IMG/VR virus record: IMGVR_UViG_2751185961_000011
Source: a virus
Taxonomy: Duplodnaviria > Heunggongvirae > Uroviricota > Caudoviricetes
DNA: 27,042 nucleotides
Direction: 5' to 3' (one strand)
Below are positions 8,354 through 16,456 of the stretch, in pieces. The notes below the pieces were generated by a model. It worked only from the letters and a program-made list of their open reading frames with translations. It searched no databases and was not told the DNA's origin. The stretch's first letter is position 1, and the number at the start of each line of letters is the position of its first letter. The position numbers and the translations under genes are program-made.

Positions 8354-9199
8354 ATGACAAAGCCTTCTCATTTTAGAACCCCTCTTCGTTATCCGGGAGG
8401 TAAGGCAAAATTCTTGCCACATATTGAACAAATACTCCGCAACAATGATCTCATTGGTGGATGTTATGCTGAACCTTATGCAGGTGGAGCCGGTGTAGCA
8501 TTAGGTTTGCTCCTTAACGGTCTTGTTGAAAATATCTTCATAAATGATATTGATCCTGCCCTTTATTCTTTTTGGTTTGCAGTGGTTAATCATAACGATC
8601 TGTTATGTGAAATGATTGATGAAGTTCCTGTGACTATTGAAAATTGGCATACTCAAAAGGAGATACTCCTAAACAATGATAAATATAGTATGCTTGAAGT
8701 CGCATTATCTACTTTCTTTTTAAATAGAACAAACCGTTCAGGAATACTTAAGGCTGGCGTTATTGGAGGGAAAGAACAAAAAGGACCATGGAAGTTAGAT
8801 GCAAGATTCAACAAAAAAGAGTTAATTAAAAGGATTGAACTAATTGGTGCATATAAGGAGAAAATTTACGTATCGAATTTTGATGCTGCAGATTTTCTGC
8901 TACACCAAAAAGCATTACTACCCCAAAATAGTCTAATATATCTTGATCCACCTTATTATGTTAAAGGAGCAGAGTTATATAGAAATTTTTATAAACATGA
9001 TGATCATGTAAAAATCGCTAATACACTACGTGAAATTCAACTACCTTGGGTTGTGTCTTATGACAATGTGCCTGAAATAAAAAGCATATATCATGAATTC
9101 AACATGACTGATTATACGCTTAATTATACTGCACAAGATAAGAAAAAAGGTCTAGAAATTATCATTTATAATCATGGTATAAAAATCCCTGACATTTAA
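8354..9199 (+). CDS. Dam-family (D12-class) N6-adenine DNA methyltransferase, island copy
   Basis: N-terminal PLRYPGGKAKF and AEPYAGGAGVALG (SAM-binding motif I). DPPY catalytic motif at 8945-8956. 281 aa. AT-rich codon usage unlike the rest of the prophage. Confidence 0.85.
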   Translation: MTKPSHFRTPLRYPGGKAKFLPHIEQILRNNDLIGGCYAEPYAGGAGVALGLLLNGLVENIFINDIDPALYSFWFAVVNHNDLLCEMIDEVPVTIENWHTQKEILLNNDKYSMLEVALSTFFLNRTNRSGILKAGVIGGKEQKGPWKLDARFNKKELIKRIELIGAYKEKIYVSNFDAADFLLHQKALLPQNSLIYLDPPYYVKGAELYRNFYKHDDHVKIANTLREIQLPWVVSYDNVPEIKSIYHEFNMTDYTLNYTAQDKKKGLEIIIYNHGIKIPDI

Positions 9200-9216
9200 A
9201 TTTAAGGATGATATAG

Positions 9217-10914
9217 ATGATTAAAGAAATTAGTTTTAAAAAATTTAAGAAACTGATAGATATTGACTTCTCATTCAATGAAGACATCAATATAATATCA
9301 GGAACCAATGGGACATGTAAGACAACATTGCTTCATTTAATTAGCAATGGTTTCCAAATACCACCATCTAGATCACAAAATTATTCAAATAGTAATTGTG
9401 TTAGAGTTATAAAATCTATAAACAAAATAGCCAACCCAAAAATGGAAGCAATTGTTAGGGAATCAAAAAATTACACCGATCCGGCAGAGGGAACAAAAGG
9501 TGTGTTATTTTCTATTAACTATTTGGATCATAGCACACTAGACTTCAGAAAGCACAACTCAAAAAATCCAGACGAAGCGCAACGGTATGCTATCAAACCA
9601 GTATACCCACGCGGAAAAGAAAAACAATCACTTCCAGCTAAACCAGTTTTATATCTTGGATTATCGCGACTATTCCCGATTGGTGAAACTAAAGACGACG
9701 CCCTTACAAAAATTCCGTTAAACCTACCAGAAGAGTATGTTGGTTATATATCGAAAATATATAATGAACTTTTGGGCATTAATATTATAAATATAGAATC
9801 AAACAATATCGGAGATTTTAAAGCTGGCCCATTATTTGATACCGATAACCCAGCAATTGATTCTAATACCATATCATCCGGGGAAGACAATATATTCATT
9901 ATAATCAAGGCATTAGTTAGCCTTAGGTATTATTTTGAATCACTTATTCAATCCACTGATCAAAAAGAAAGCATTCTGTTAATAGATGAATTTGATGCCA
10001 CTTTACATCCTTCTTTACAGATAAGATTATTAGATAAAATTTATCAATACGCAAAAGATTATAAGATTCAAGTATTTTTCACAACGCACAGTCTGACATT
10101 GCTAGAATATGCTTTTCATAAAAAATACCATGTTGTCTATCTAATTAACAATATTACAAAGGCTCTGCTTTTGGATAATCCTGATATATTAAAAATAACA
10201 ATGTATCTGAAAACACAAACAAAGGATGAGATATACACAAGGAACAAGATACCAGTTTTCACGGAAGATGAAGAAGCTCGCTTTTTATTTAATGAAATAC
10301 TTGGTTATTGGATAAGCAAATATCCAAATTTTGCTATAGTTAGTAATTCATTTCACTTAATTGATTGTTTCATTGGTGCAGACAATTTAAAAACTATTTT
10401 TAATGATTCTCATCTTAAGGAAACCTCGTTAAAATCAATTTGTATTCTTGATGGAGATCACAGCCCTGAGGATCAGAGAGGAATTATATCACTGCCGGGT
10501 GAAAAAGCTCCAGAACAATTGATATTTGAGCATTGTGAGCACCTTTATAATACCGACGACTCTTCCTTCTGGGAAAATCAGGATATAATTAACAATGGTT
10601 TTTCGAAAGAGTTATACTTACTCAAGATACGTCCTCAATTACAATCAATTGAAACTGAAATTCAGAAAAGAAAAGACAACCATGAGTCTACATCCGGTTT
10701 AAGAAGAAAATTAAATAAGAAAATATTCAATCAGCATATTGAATTCTTTAGAATGATTACAAGAAACTGGTTAAACAAACCAGAAAATCAGAAATCTCTC
10801 CAGTATTTTTACAATGGATTACGATCCTTATTCTACCGGGTTACACCAACAAACGGCATTGACAGAAAAATTTGGGATTTTGACTATAACAAAATCATTA
10901 AAGAGGATAAATAA
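9217..10914 (+). CDS. OLD-family-like ABC-type ATPase with putative C-terminal TOPRIM nuclease domain
   Basis: Walker A GTNGTCKTT (9301-9327). Walker B LLIDEFD (D-E codons 9985-9990). H-loop-like VFFTTHS. C-terminal acidic motifs VFTEDEE (10255-10275) and ILDGDHS (DGD at 10450-10458) fit the TOPRIM glutamate plus DxD pattern. 565 aa, close to P2 Old in size and in the P2 old locus. AAGGA RBS 7 nt upstream and 17 nt after the methyltransferase stop. Confidence 0.75.
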   Translation: MIKEISFKKFKKLIDIDFSFNEDINIISGTNGTCKTTLLHLISNGFQIPPSRSQNYSNSNCVRVIKSINKIANPKMEAIVRESKNYTDPAEGTKGVLFSINYLDHSTLDFRKHNSKNPDEAQRYAIKPVYPRGKEKQSLPAKPVLYLGLSRLFPIGETKDDALTKIPLNLPEEYVGYISKIYNELLGINIINIESNNIGDFKAGPLFDTDNPAIDSNTISSGEDNIFIIIKALVSLRYYFESLIQSTDQKESILLIDEFDATLHPSLQIRLLDKIYQYAKDYKIQVFFTTHSLTLLEYAFHKKYHVVYLINNITKALLLDNPDILKITMYLKTQTKDEIYTRNKIPVFTEDEEARFLFNEILGYWISKYPNFAIVSNSFHLIDCFIGADNLKTIFNDSHLKETSLKSICILDGDHSPEDQRGIISLPGEKAPEQLIFEHCEHLYNTDDSSFWENQDIINNGFSKELYLLKIRPQLQSIETEIQKRKDNHESTSGLRRKLNKKIFNQHIEFFRMITRNWLNKPENQKSLQYFYNGLRSLFYRVTPTNGIDRKIWDFDYNKIIKEDK

Positions 10915-10990
10915 TGTATTCTAATAGAATATAAACATCAAAGCTATATTTTTTACACATATCAAGAGTAAAAAATAATTTAACTTTTAC

Positions 10991-11030
10991 ATAACGACCT
11001 CTTTTACAAATAAGTAGAAAAGGTCGTTAT
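10991..11030. repeat. Imperfect 17-nt inverted repeat (hairpin) downstream of the island operon
   Basis: ATAACGACCTCTTTTAC (10991-11007), loop AAATAA, GTAGAAAAGGTCGTTAT (11014-11030); 15 of 17 positions complementary. Possible terminator or operator. Confidence 0.4.
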
Positions 11031-11153
11031 AACTCTCATCTCCATAGCATGTAATTTTCTTTGCATATTTTCACATAACAGTCAGGGATGTATTTATAAG
11101 CAACGTCGTATACATAGGCTCAATTTTTCTATAAATAAGCACTCCGTTCGGTT

Positions 11154-11180
11154 TGCACAATAATGCACAAATTTGCACAA
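11154..11180. repeat. Three direct TGCACAA heptamers phased at exactly 10 bp
   Basis: TGCACAA at 11154-11160, 11164-11170 and 11174-11180, followed by a T7 run, at the AT-rich to GC-rich transition before the cos-proximal region. Confidence 0.45.
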
Positions 11181-11471
11181 TTTTTTTGAACGACTTTTTG
11201 CCCTTTCGGCCCGCATGGCGGCTGGATCCGTCAAGGATCGTGCGTGCACAAAAAAAACGCGTTTTCTGCGCGCAGGCGACGAGGGAAGGGCGCCCGAATT
11301 GAGGGGTGGAAGGCAGGTTGCTTTATTTGGGGTCGTATTGCGCGTGATACGCCAGCAGTGAAGCCTGTTTTAAAAAACCACATCAAAACATGGTCAGGGA
11401 AACAGGCCGTCAGAATGCGTCTGGCGAGGTCGGAGATCGGGAGGGAAACGGACGTCAGGAGCTGGAGAGTC

Positions 11472-11494
11472 GGGGCATAAATTTTTTATGCCCC
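11472..11494. repeat. Perfect 10-bp-stem palindrome just downstream of the portal gene stop
   Basis: GGGGCATAAA (11472-11481) and TTTATGCCCC (11485-11494) with a 3-nt loop. Could be the Q-P operon terminator or a cos-associated element. Confidence 0.5.
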
Positions 11495-11521
11495 GGCGAA
11501 GCAGCCGACAAGCGAAGCGCG

Positions 11522-12565
11522 TCAGCTGGCGCCATCCTGAAGCAGCGAATAGGGATTAAAGCGCATCACTTCAACCCCAAGCCATTCATTGACATGCTTC
11601 ATCGCTTCCATGACCGGTTGCAACTCGTTGATGAAAAATACCCTCGCCGCCTTCTCAACGTCACCGAACGCCGCGTTCCCGTCAGGCATTGCCCCCATCA
11701 GCTGAGGCGGTACACGGTGAGCCGCAAGGATATCGTCGCGGGCACTCCCCTTGATGTTAAGGAATTCGTCCTTCGCGGTGATTTGCTGGAACGGCAGTAT
11801 TTGCACACCATCCTTGCCGCCACCTGGCGCGTGCAGAAGGATATTGCGGAACGCCCCCTTGCCACGGGATTCCGTGAGTGTTTTCTTGATGGCTTCCACG
11901 CTTTCAGCGTTTGCCTGGGCGGCACCAACATAGACAATGCACCCGGCATGTGAACCGTTGTCATAGTAGAGCTTGCGGAACGTATCCGCTGAGTTCGACA
12001 GACTCACCGACAGCACCCCACCGATATACTCCGGCATCCCGTAGATTTCCTGGTTGATATCGGGGTTCAGAACGTGGCACACAGCCCCCTTACGGAAAGC
12101 AAATTCAGAACCATCATCATTGAGGTACCAGTACGTATCGAGATCACTGCCCCGCCGCGTGTATTTCGCCAGCGCAGGACGAAGCGCAATGGGTTCACCG
12201 AACTTGTTGCGGCGGACTTCAAGATAGGCATTACCGAACACGAACCAGTCCAGCGCAAACGCGGAAAACGCCTGGCGGGACAGTAGCAGATGAGGAACAA
12301 AGCAGCCGTTCAGGGCATTACGCTTAAAATACAGGGCCGACTGGTGCCATGATGCACGACGTGAGGCGCGAGCAATGGCATTCCAGTCCATGGGGGTGTC
12401 ATAGTAGCGGCCATTATCGGCGCACGACATGTTATCAAGAAGATCAAGACGGCTTGCTTCATAAGGACCGTCAAACGTGAAAGCACTGAGTGACGGCGCT
12501 GATTTCAGTGCATCAGCCAGTGAGCCCGTGCCGCGCTTTCCGGTGTATTTTTTACGTTTACTCAT
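11522..12565 (-). CDS. Q: Portal protein (P2 gpQ-like)
   Basis: 347 aa on the minus strand, immediately downstream of the large terminase gene; size and position match P2 Q (about 344 aa). Basic N-terminus MSKRKKYTGKRG. Confidence 0.88.
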   Translation of the reverse strand: MSKRKKYTGKRGTGSLADALKSAPSLSAFTFDGPYEASRLDLLDNMSCADNGRYYDTPMDWNAIARASRRASWHQSALYFKRNALNGCFVPHLLLSRQAFSAFALDWFVFGNAYLEVRRNKFGEPIALRPALAKYTRRGSDLDTYWYLNDDGSEFAFRKGAVCHVLNPDINQEIYGMPEYIGGVLSVSLSNSADTFRKLYYDNGSHAGCIVYVGAAQANAESVEAIKKTLTESRGKGAFRNILLHAPGGGKDGVQILPFQQITAKDEFLNIKGSARDDILAAHRVPPQLMGAMPDGNAAFGDVEKAARVFFINELQPVMEAMKHVNEWLGVEVMRFNPYSLLQDGAS

Positions 12566-12570
12566 TGTGT

Positions 12571-14304
12571 TCAGAACTCCATTGCAAAGCCACGATTATC
12601 CTCACGCTCTGCGCCGATTGGCTCATTGATAACAGCAAGCATGGTTGCCCAGGCGAGATCACCATGACTGACACTGCGTGAGCGGTCAGTGTCATAGGTG
12701 ATATAGCCGCCGGGCGTCTGTATTTTTCGCACCGATGCAAAGGCCTGTACCAGGTCGCGCTCGCTGCGGTCATACTCCCAGCGTCCGGCACGGACCACCT
12801 GAAGCATCTTCATGACCAGCGCCCGCTTTGAAGCGATATTAAAGTTATACGGAACAGCCAGGGGGAAGAATTTTTTCACTATCTGATAAACCCCTTCCCC
12901 GTTCCCGCCGGTCACATCAATCCCGATATGCTTCACATTGTATTTTTGGGTGTACTCCTCAATCAGGGCCGCCTGCTGTTCAAACTCCATGCCCTGAACC
13001 CTGACGGTTTCCACCGTACGAAAACGCCCACCGGCAACAAGGGGTGGCACGCACACCGACAGCGCCCCGCAGTCCCCCTTCCCGCTGCTGCCGTTGGCGT
13101 CATACCCGAGCCAGACTTCCCTCACCCCCATAGGGCGGACAGCAAAAGGCTTCCAGTCCGGCCATTCGTCATAGCCATCAACACCGCACCCGACGAGCGT
13201 ATTCAGACTGAAGGCTGCCTCACCATCACGGACAAATTCGCACATGTACAGATTGCGAAATTCACTTTCTGTATTTTCGCCGCGAATATCATCAATACTG
13301 GTGAACTGCCATCCGTTAGCGACAGCATCCTCAATGGTGACAATCTGCCGCCACGTTTTATCGGGAAAGAGCACGCCCCCCTTCAGGTGGGCATGTGAAA
13401 CATCAAATTCATTGCGTTTTGAGCGCGGCCGCTCGCTGTTCCAGCGGTCCCCTGTCCAGAACTGATACGCCTCATGCGTCTCACCTGACGGCGTAGAGAA
13501 GTAAGTGCGCGTAAGCCCTTTCAGCGTCGCCATTGCCCCGGCAACCTTCCTGAGGTTCACAAAGTTACTGACCCAGAAAAATTCGTCGAATTTCAGATGA
13601 CCGGTATAGGACTGCGCGGTGGCAGCTGACGTACCGAGGAAGTGCAGCTCCGCGCCGTTGGACAGCACGATCTTGTCGCCCCCTTTCAACTCAACATCCA
13701 CTTCCAGCGCCGCCTGCTGAATAAAATGCTTGAACTGATACGCCTGACGACGGGAGGCGGATAAAAATATCTGGTTGCGCTGATACCCGGCGGAGACATC
13801 ATCACGCAGTGCATCAAGGAGCGCCTCGCGCGCAAAATACCAGGTCGCACCAATCTGACGCGACTTCAGGATCATGCGGTTGCGGTGGTGGCGGTTTTCG
13901 TACCATTCACGTTGATGCCACGCCAGCGTCGGGAGGATTTTTTCACGAAGCGCGACAATCTGTTCTTCGGTGAAGTGATTTTTCAGTCTGCGTTTACGGG
14001 GCTTTTTACCGGAAACGGCCTGTTCTCCCTGACCGTCATTCAGTTTTTTCAGCTGGCGCGTGAGAAGGTCAATTTCCTTAAAATCGCTGCCGCTTTTCTC
14101 TGTTTTTGTGGTGAGCTGGATCAGGCGCGCATCAATGGACTGGGTGACCCGCTGGATCGGAGGTGTGGCATCCCACTCATCGCGTTTTTTCCATGAGTAA
14201 ATCGTGTTCTGGCTGATCCCCATCAGTTGCGAGATTTCCGCAGGTGTGTACCCTTGCCAGTAAAGTTGTCTTGCCCTTATGCGGACAAGTGCATCCTGAA
14301 TCAT
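12571..14304 (-). CDS. P: Terminase large (ATPase) subunit (P2 gpP-like)
   Basis: 577 aa. N-terminal HTH-like YTPAEISQLMGISQNTIYSWKK. Transcribed divergently from O, as in P2. Confidence 0.88.
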   Translation of the reverse strand: MIQDALVRIRARQLYWQGYTPAEISQLMGISQNTIYSWKKRDEWDATPPIQRVTQSIDARLIQLTTKTEKSGSDFKEIDLLTRQLKKLNDGQGEQAVSGKKPRKRRLKNHFTEEQIVALREKILPTLAWHQREWYENRHHRNRMILKSRQIGATWYFAREALLDALRDDVSAGYQRNQIFLSASRRQAYQFKHFIQQAALEVDVELKGGDKIVLSNGAELHFLGTSAATAQSYTGHLKFDEFFWVSNFVNLRKVAGAMATLKGLTRTYFSTPSGETHEAYQFWTGDRWNSERPRSKRNEFDVSHAHLKGGVLFPDKTWRQIVTIEDAVANGWQFTSIDDIRGENTESEFRNLYMCEFVRDGEAAFSLNTLVGCGVDGYDEWPDWKPFAVRPMGVREVWLGYDANGSSGKGDCGALSVCVPPLVAGGRFRTVETVRVQGMEFEQQAALIEEYTQKYNVKHIGIDVTGGNGEGVYQIVKKFFPLAVPYNFNIASKRALVMKMLQVVRAGRWEYDRSERDLVQAFASVRKIQTPGGYITYDTDRSRSVSHGDLAWATMLAVINEPIGAEREDNRGFAMEF

Positions 14305-14370
14305 GCGCCCCCCTTCATTAGCTGAAACAAAGAGTAAACGCCCCGCCCTTTACCGGATATTCAGCGCCGT

Positions 14371-14388
14371 TGTAGCGGTGTTCTTACA
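14371..14388 (+). promoter_or_regulatory. Candidate Ogr/Delta-type late activator site (TGT-N12-ACA) in the divergent P/O intergenic region
   Basis: TGTAGCGGTGTTCTTACA: TGT 14371-14373, 12-nt spacer, ACA 14386-14388, about 73 bp upstream of the O start codon. Confidence 0.35.
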
Positions 14389-14460
14389 ACAACCCCGCCT
14401 TGAGATGCCATCCCCTCCCCCCGCATGATGGAATACACCATTCCGGAAAGGAGATTTTTC

Positions 14461-15297
14461 ATGGCATCCAAAAACGCGCCAGTACGAAAAAAATTCCGCG
14501 TCGCCGTCTCGGGCACAACCATCGACGGACGTGAAATTTCAGGCCAGATGTTGCGTCAGGCCGCAGAGAACTACGACCCGGACGTGTGGGGATCACGGGT
14601 GAACGTGGAGCATATGCTTTCACGAATGCCGTCCAGTGAATTCAGTGCTGTGGGGGATGTGATTTCACTCTCCACCGAAGAAATCACGGAAGGCAAGCTG
14701 GCCGGTCGCACCGCACTGTATGCCGAAATAGAGCCAACCCACCGTATGACGGAGATGTTGCGAGACGGCAAGAAAATCTACTCAAGCATCGAGCTTGAAC
14801 CCAACATTGATGCCGTTGGCGGACCTTACGTAACCGGCCTGGCAATGACCGACACCCCGGCAAGTCTCGGCACTGAACGACTGAAATTTGCCGCTCAACA
14901 GCGCGCCAGCATCATGCAGTTCAGCAACCGCGCCGGTGAAGTTGCCATGTTCACCGAATGCATGGAAGCGGAACTGGTGGCATCCGTCCAGGACAGCAGC
15001 GAAGAAAGCCGGAAGTGGTTTTCGCGCGTCATGGCGCTCATCAGCAAAACCCGTGACACGGACAGCGAGCAGTTCGCTCACGTGCGCGAAGCCGTCGAGA
15101 GCATTGCCACGGAACAGGCCGGCCTTCTGGATCGCTTCCATGCGATGGAAGAGCAACAGCGCAGTGATAAGGCATCAATGGAAGCCCTGACCCGCGAACT
15201 GACTGAACTGAAGGCGCAGCTGAAAACCGAAGACGCAGACAAGGAACAGCGCTTTGCTTCAACCGGTGGCAACAGCCACGCCCTGGCTGATTTTTAA
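14461..15297 (+). CDS. O: Capsid scaffolding protein (P2 gpO-like)
   Basis: Start chosen at the ATG preceded by AAGGAG (inside the 14425 ORF). 278 aa. Position between P and N. Coiled-coil-like acidic C-terminal half. Confidence 0.85.
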   Translation: MASKNAPVRKKFRVAVSGTTIDGREISGQMLRQAAENYDPDVWGSRVNVEHMLSRMPSSEFSAVGDVISLSTEEITEGKLAGRTALYAEIEPTHRMTEMLRDGKKIYSSIELEPNIDAVGGPYVTGLAMTDTPASLGTERLKFAAQQRASIMQFSNRAGEVAMFTECMEAELVASVQDSSEESRKWFSRVMALISKTRDTDSEQFAHVREAVESIATEQAGLLDRFHAMEEQQRSDKASMEALTRELTELKAQLKTEDADKEQRFASTGGNSHALADF

Positions 15298-15312
15298 CAG
15301 AGGAACAAAATC

Positions 15313-16407
15313 ATGGGAAACCGCTTAACGCTTTCTCGCGAAGGCCGCAGCAATCTTGAGGCCTATCTTGCACGCCAGGCAGAACTGGCCGAAACCACCG
15401 TAGAACGACTGGGGAAAACCTTCAGCGTTGATCCGGCTGTTCATCAGAAGATGGAAAACGCCATCAAAGAGAGCGACGAGCTGCTGAAAAGAATCAACAG
15501 CATCGGCGTTGACGATCAGGAGGGTGAAAAAGTCCTGGTGAATACCAGCGGCCCCATCGCCAGCACCAACTCAACCAGTGACGGCGTGAAGCGACGCAAT
15601 CCCGCTGACGTCTCTGATCTGGCATCGCGTCGTTATCGCTGCGAACAGGTGAACTACGACACTTTCATCAGCTACGCACAGATTGACGCGTGGAGCAACC
15701 AGAAAAACTTCCAGCAACTGCTGAGTGCACAAATCACCCGACAGATTGCACTGGACCGTATCATGATTGGCTTTAACGGTGAGTCGCACGCCATCATCTC
15801 CGATCGTTCTGCCAACCCGAAACTTCAGGACGTTAACACCGGGTGGCTGAAACACATCCGTGAACACGCCACGACGCGTGTCGTGAAGGCAATGACGCTG
15901 ACCCGTCGCGATCATGAAAACAAACTGGTTGCAAAAGGTGACTACGGCAACGCTGACGCGATGGTTAACGACATTCGTTCTTCCGTACTGGATGAGTGGC
16001 ACAAGGACGCCCCGGATCTGGTTGTTGTCATGGGCCGCAACCTGTTCAACACGCTGCGTCTGCCTATGATTAACGCCATCAGCACCACCAACCCGAACAC
16101 GGAGCTGGTCGCCGGACAGCTGATTACAGCCTCCCGCACCATTGGCGCGCTGCCGACCTTCTTTGCGCCGTACTTCCCGGACGATGCCATGCTGATCACG
16201 TCGTTCAGCAACCTTTCGGTGTACTTCCAGAAAGGGTCACTGCGTCGCTTCATCCGTGAAGAGCCGGAGTACAACCGTATCGCCACCTACCAGTCCATGA
16301 ACGACTGCTACGTGGTGGAAGACTACGGCAAGTGCGCACTGATTGAGGGCATTTCTTTCGCCGGTGAAGATCCGGAAGACAAGAAAGAGGCAGAAGCACA
16401 GGCGTAA
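15313..16407 (+). CDS. N: Major capsid protein (P2 gpN-like)
   Basis: 364 aa (P2 N is about 357 aa) directly after the scaffold gene. Confidence 0.88.
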   Translation: MGNRLTLSREGRSNLEAYLARQAELAETTVERLGKTFSVDPAVHQKMENAIKESDELLKRINSIGVDDQEGEKVLVNTSGPIASTNSTSDGVKRRNPADVSDLASRRYRCEQVNYDTFISYAQIDAWSNQKNFQQLLSAQITRQIALDRIMIGFNGESHAIISDRSANPKLQDVNTGWLKHIREHATTRVVKAMTLTRRDHENKLVAKGDYGNADAMVNDIRSSVLDEWHKDAPDLVVVMGRNLFNTLRLPMINAISTTNPNTELVAGQLITASRTIGALPTFFAPYFPDDAMLITSFSNLSVYFQKGSLRRFIREEPEYNRIATYQSMNDCYVVEDYGKCALIEGISFAGEDPEDKKEAEAQA

Positions 16408-16415
16408 CGCATCAT

Positions 16416-16435
16416 GGCGGGCACATGTGCCCGCC
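16416..16435 (+). other. Perfect 20-nt palindrome (stem-loop) immediately after the capsid gene stop
   Basis: GGCGGGCACATGTGCCCGCC with no following T-run. Likely an RNA structure affecting capsid transcript stability or read-through. Confidence 0.5.
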
Positions 16436-16456
16436 GGTTAATCAGGAGTCGAATAC

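Noticed and set aside
11173-11953. Several + strand ORFs (62-187 aa) in the cos-proximal region and over the 3' end of the portal gene
   Set aside because: They lie in a GC-rich non-coding region expected to contain cos and regulatory sequence, or are antisense to the portal gene. No RBS or motif support.
12928-13398. Plus-strand ORF (156 aa) inside the large terminase gene
   Set aside because: Antisense shadow ORF within a well-supported minus-strand terminase gene.
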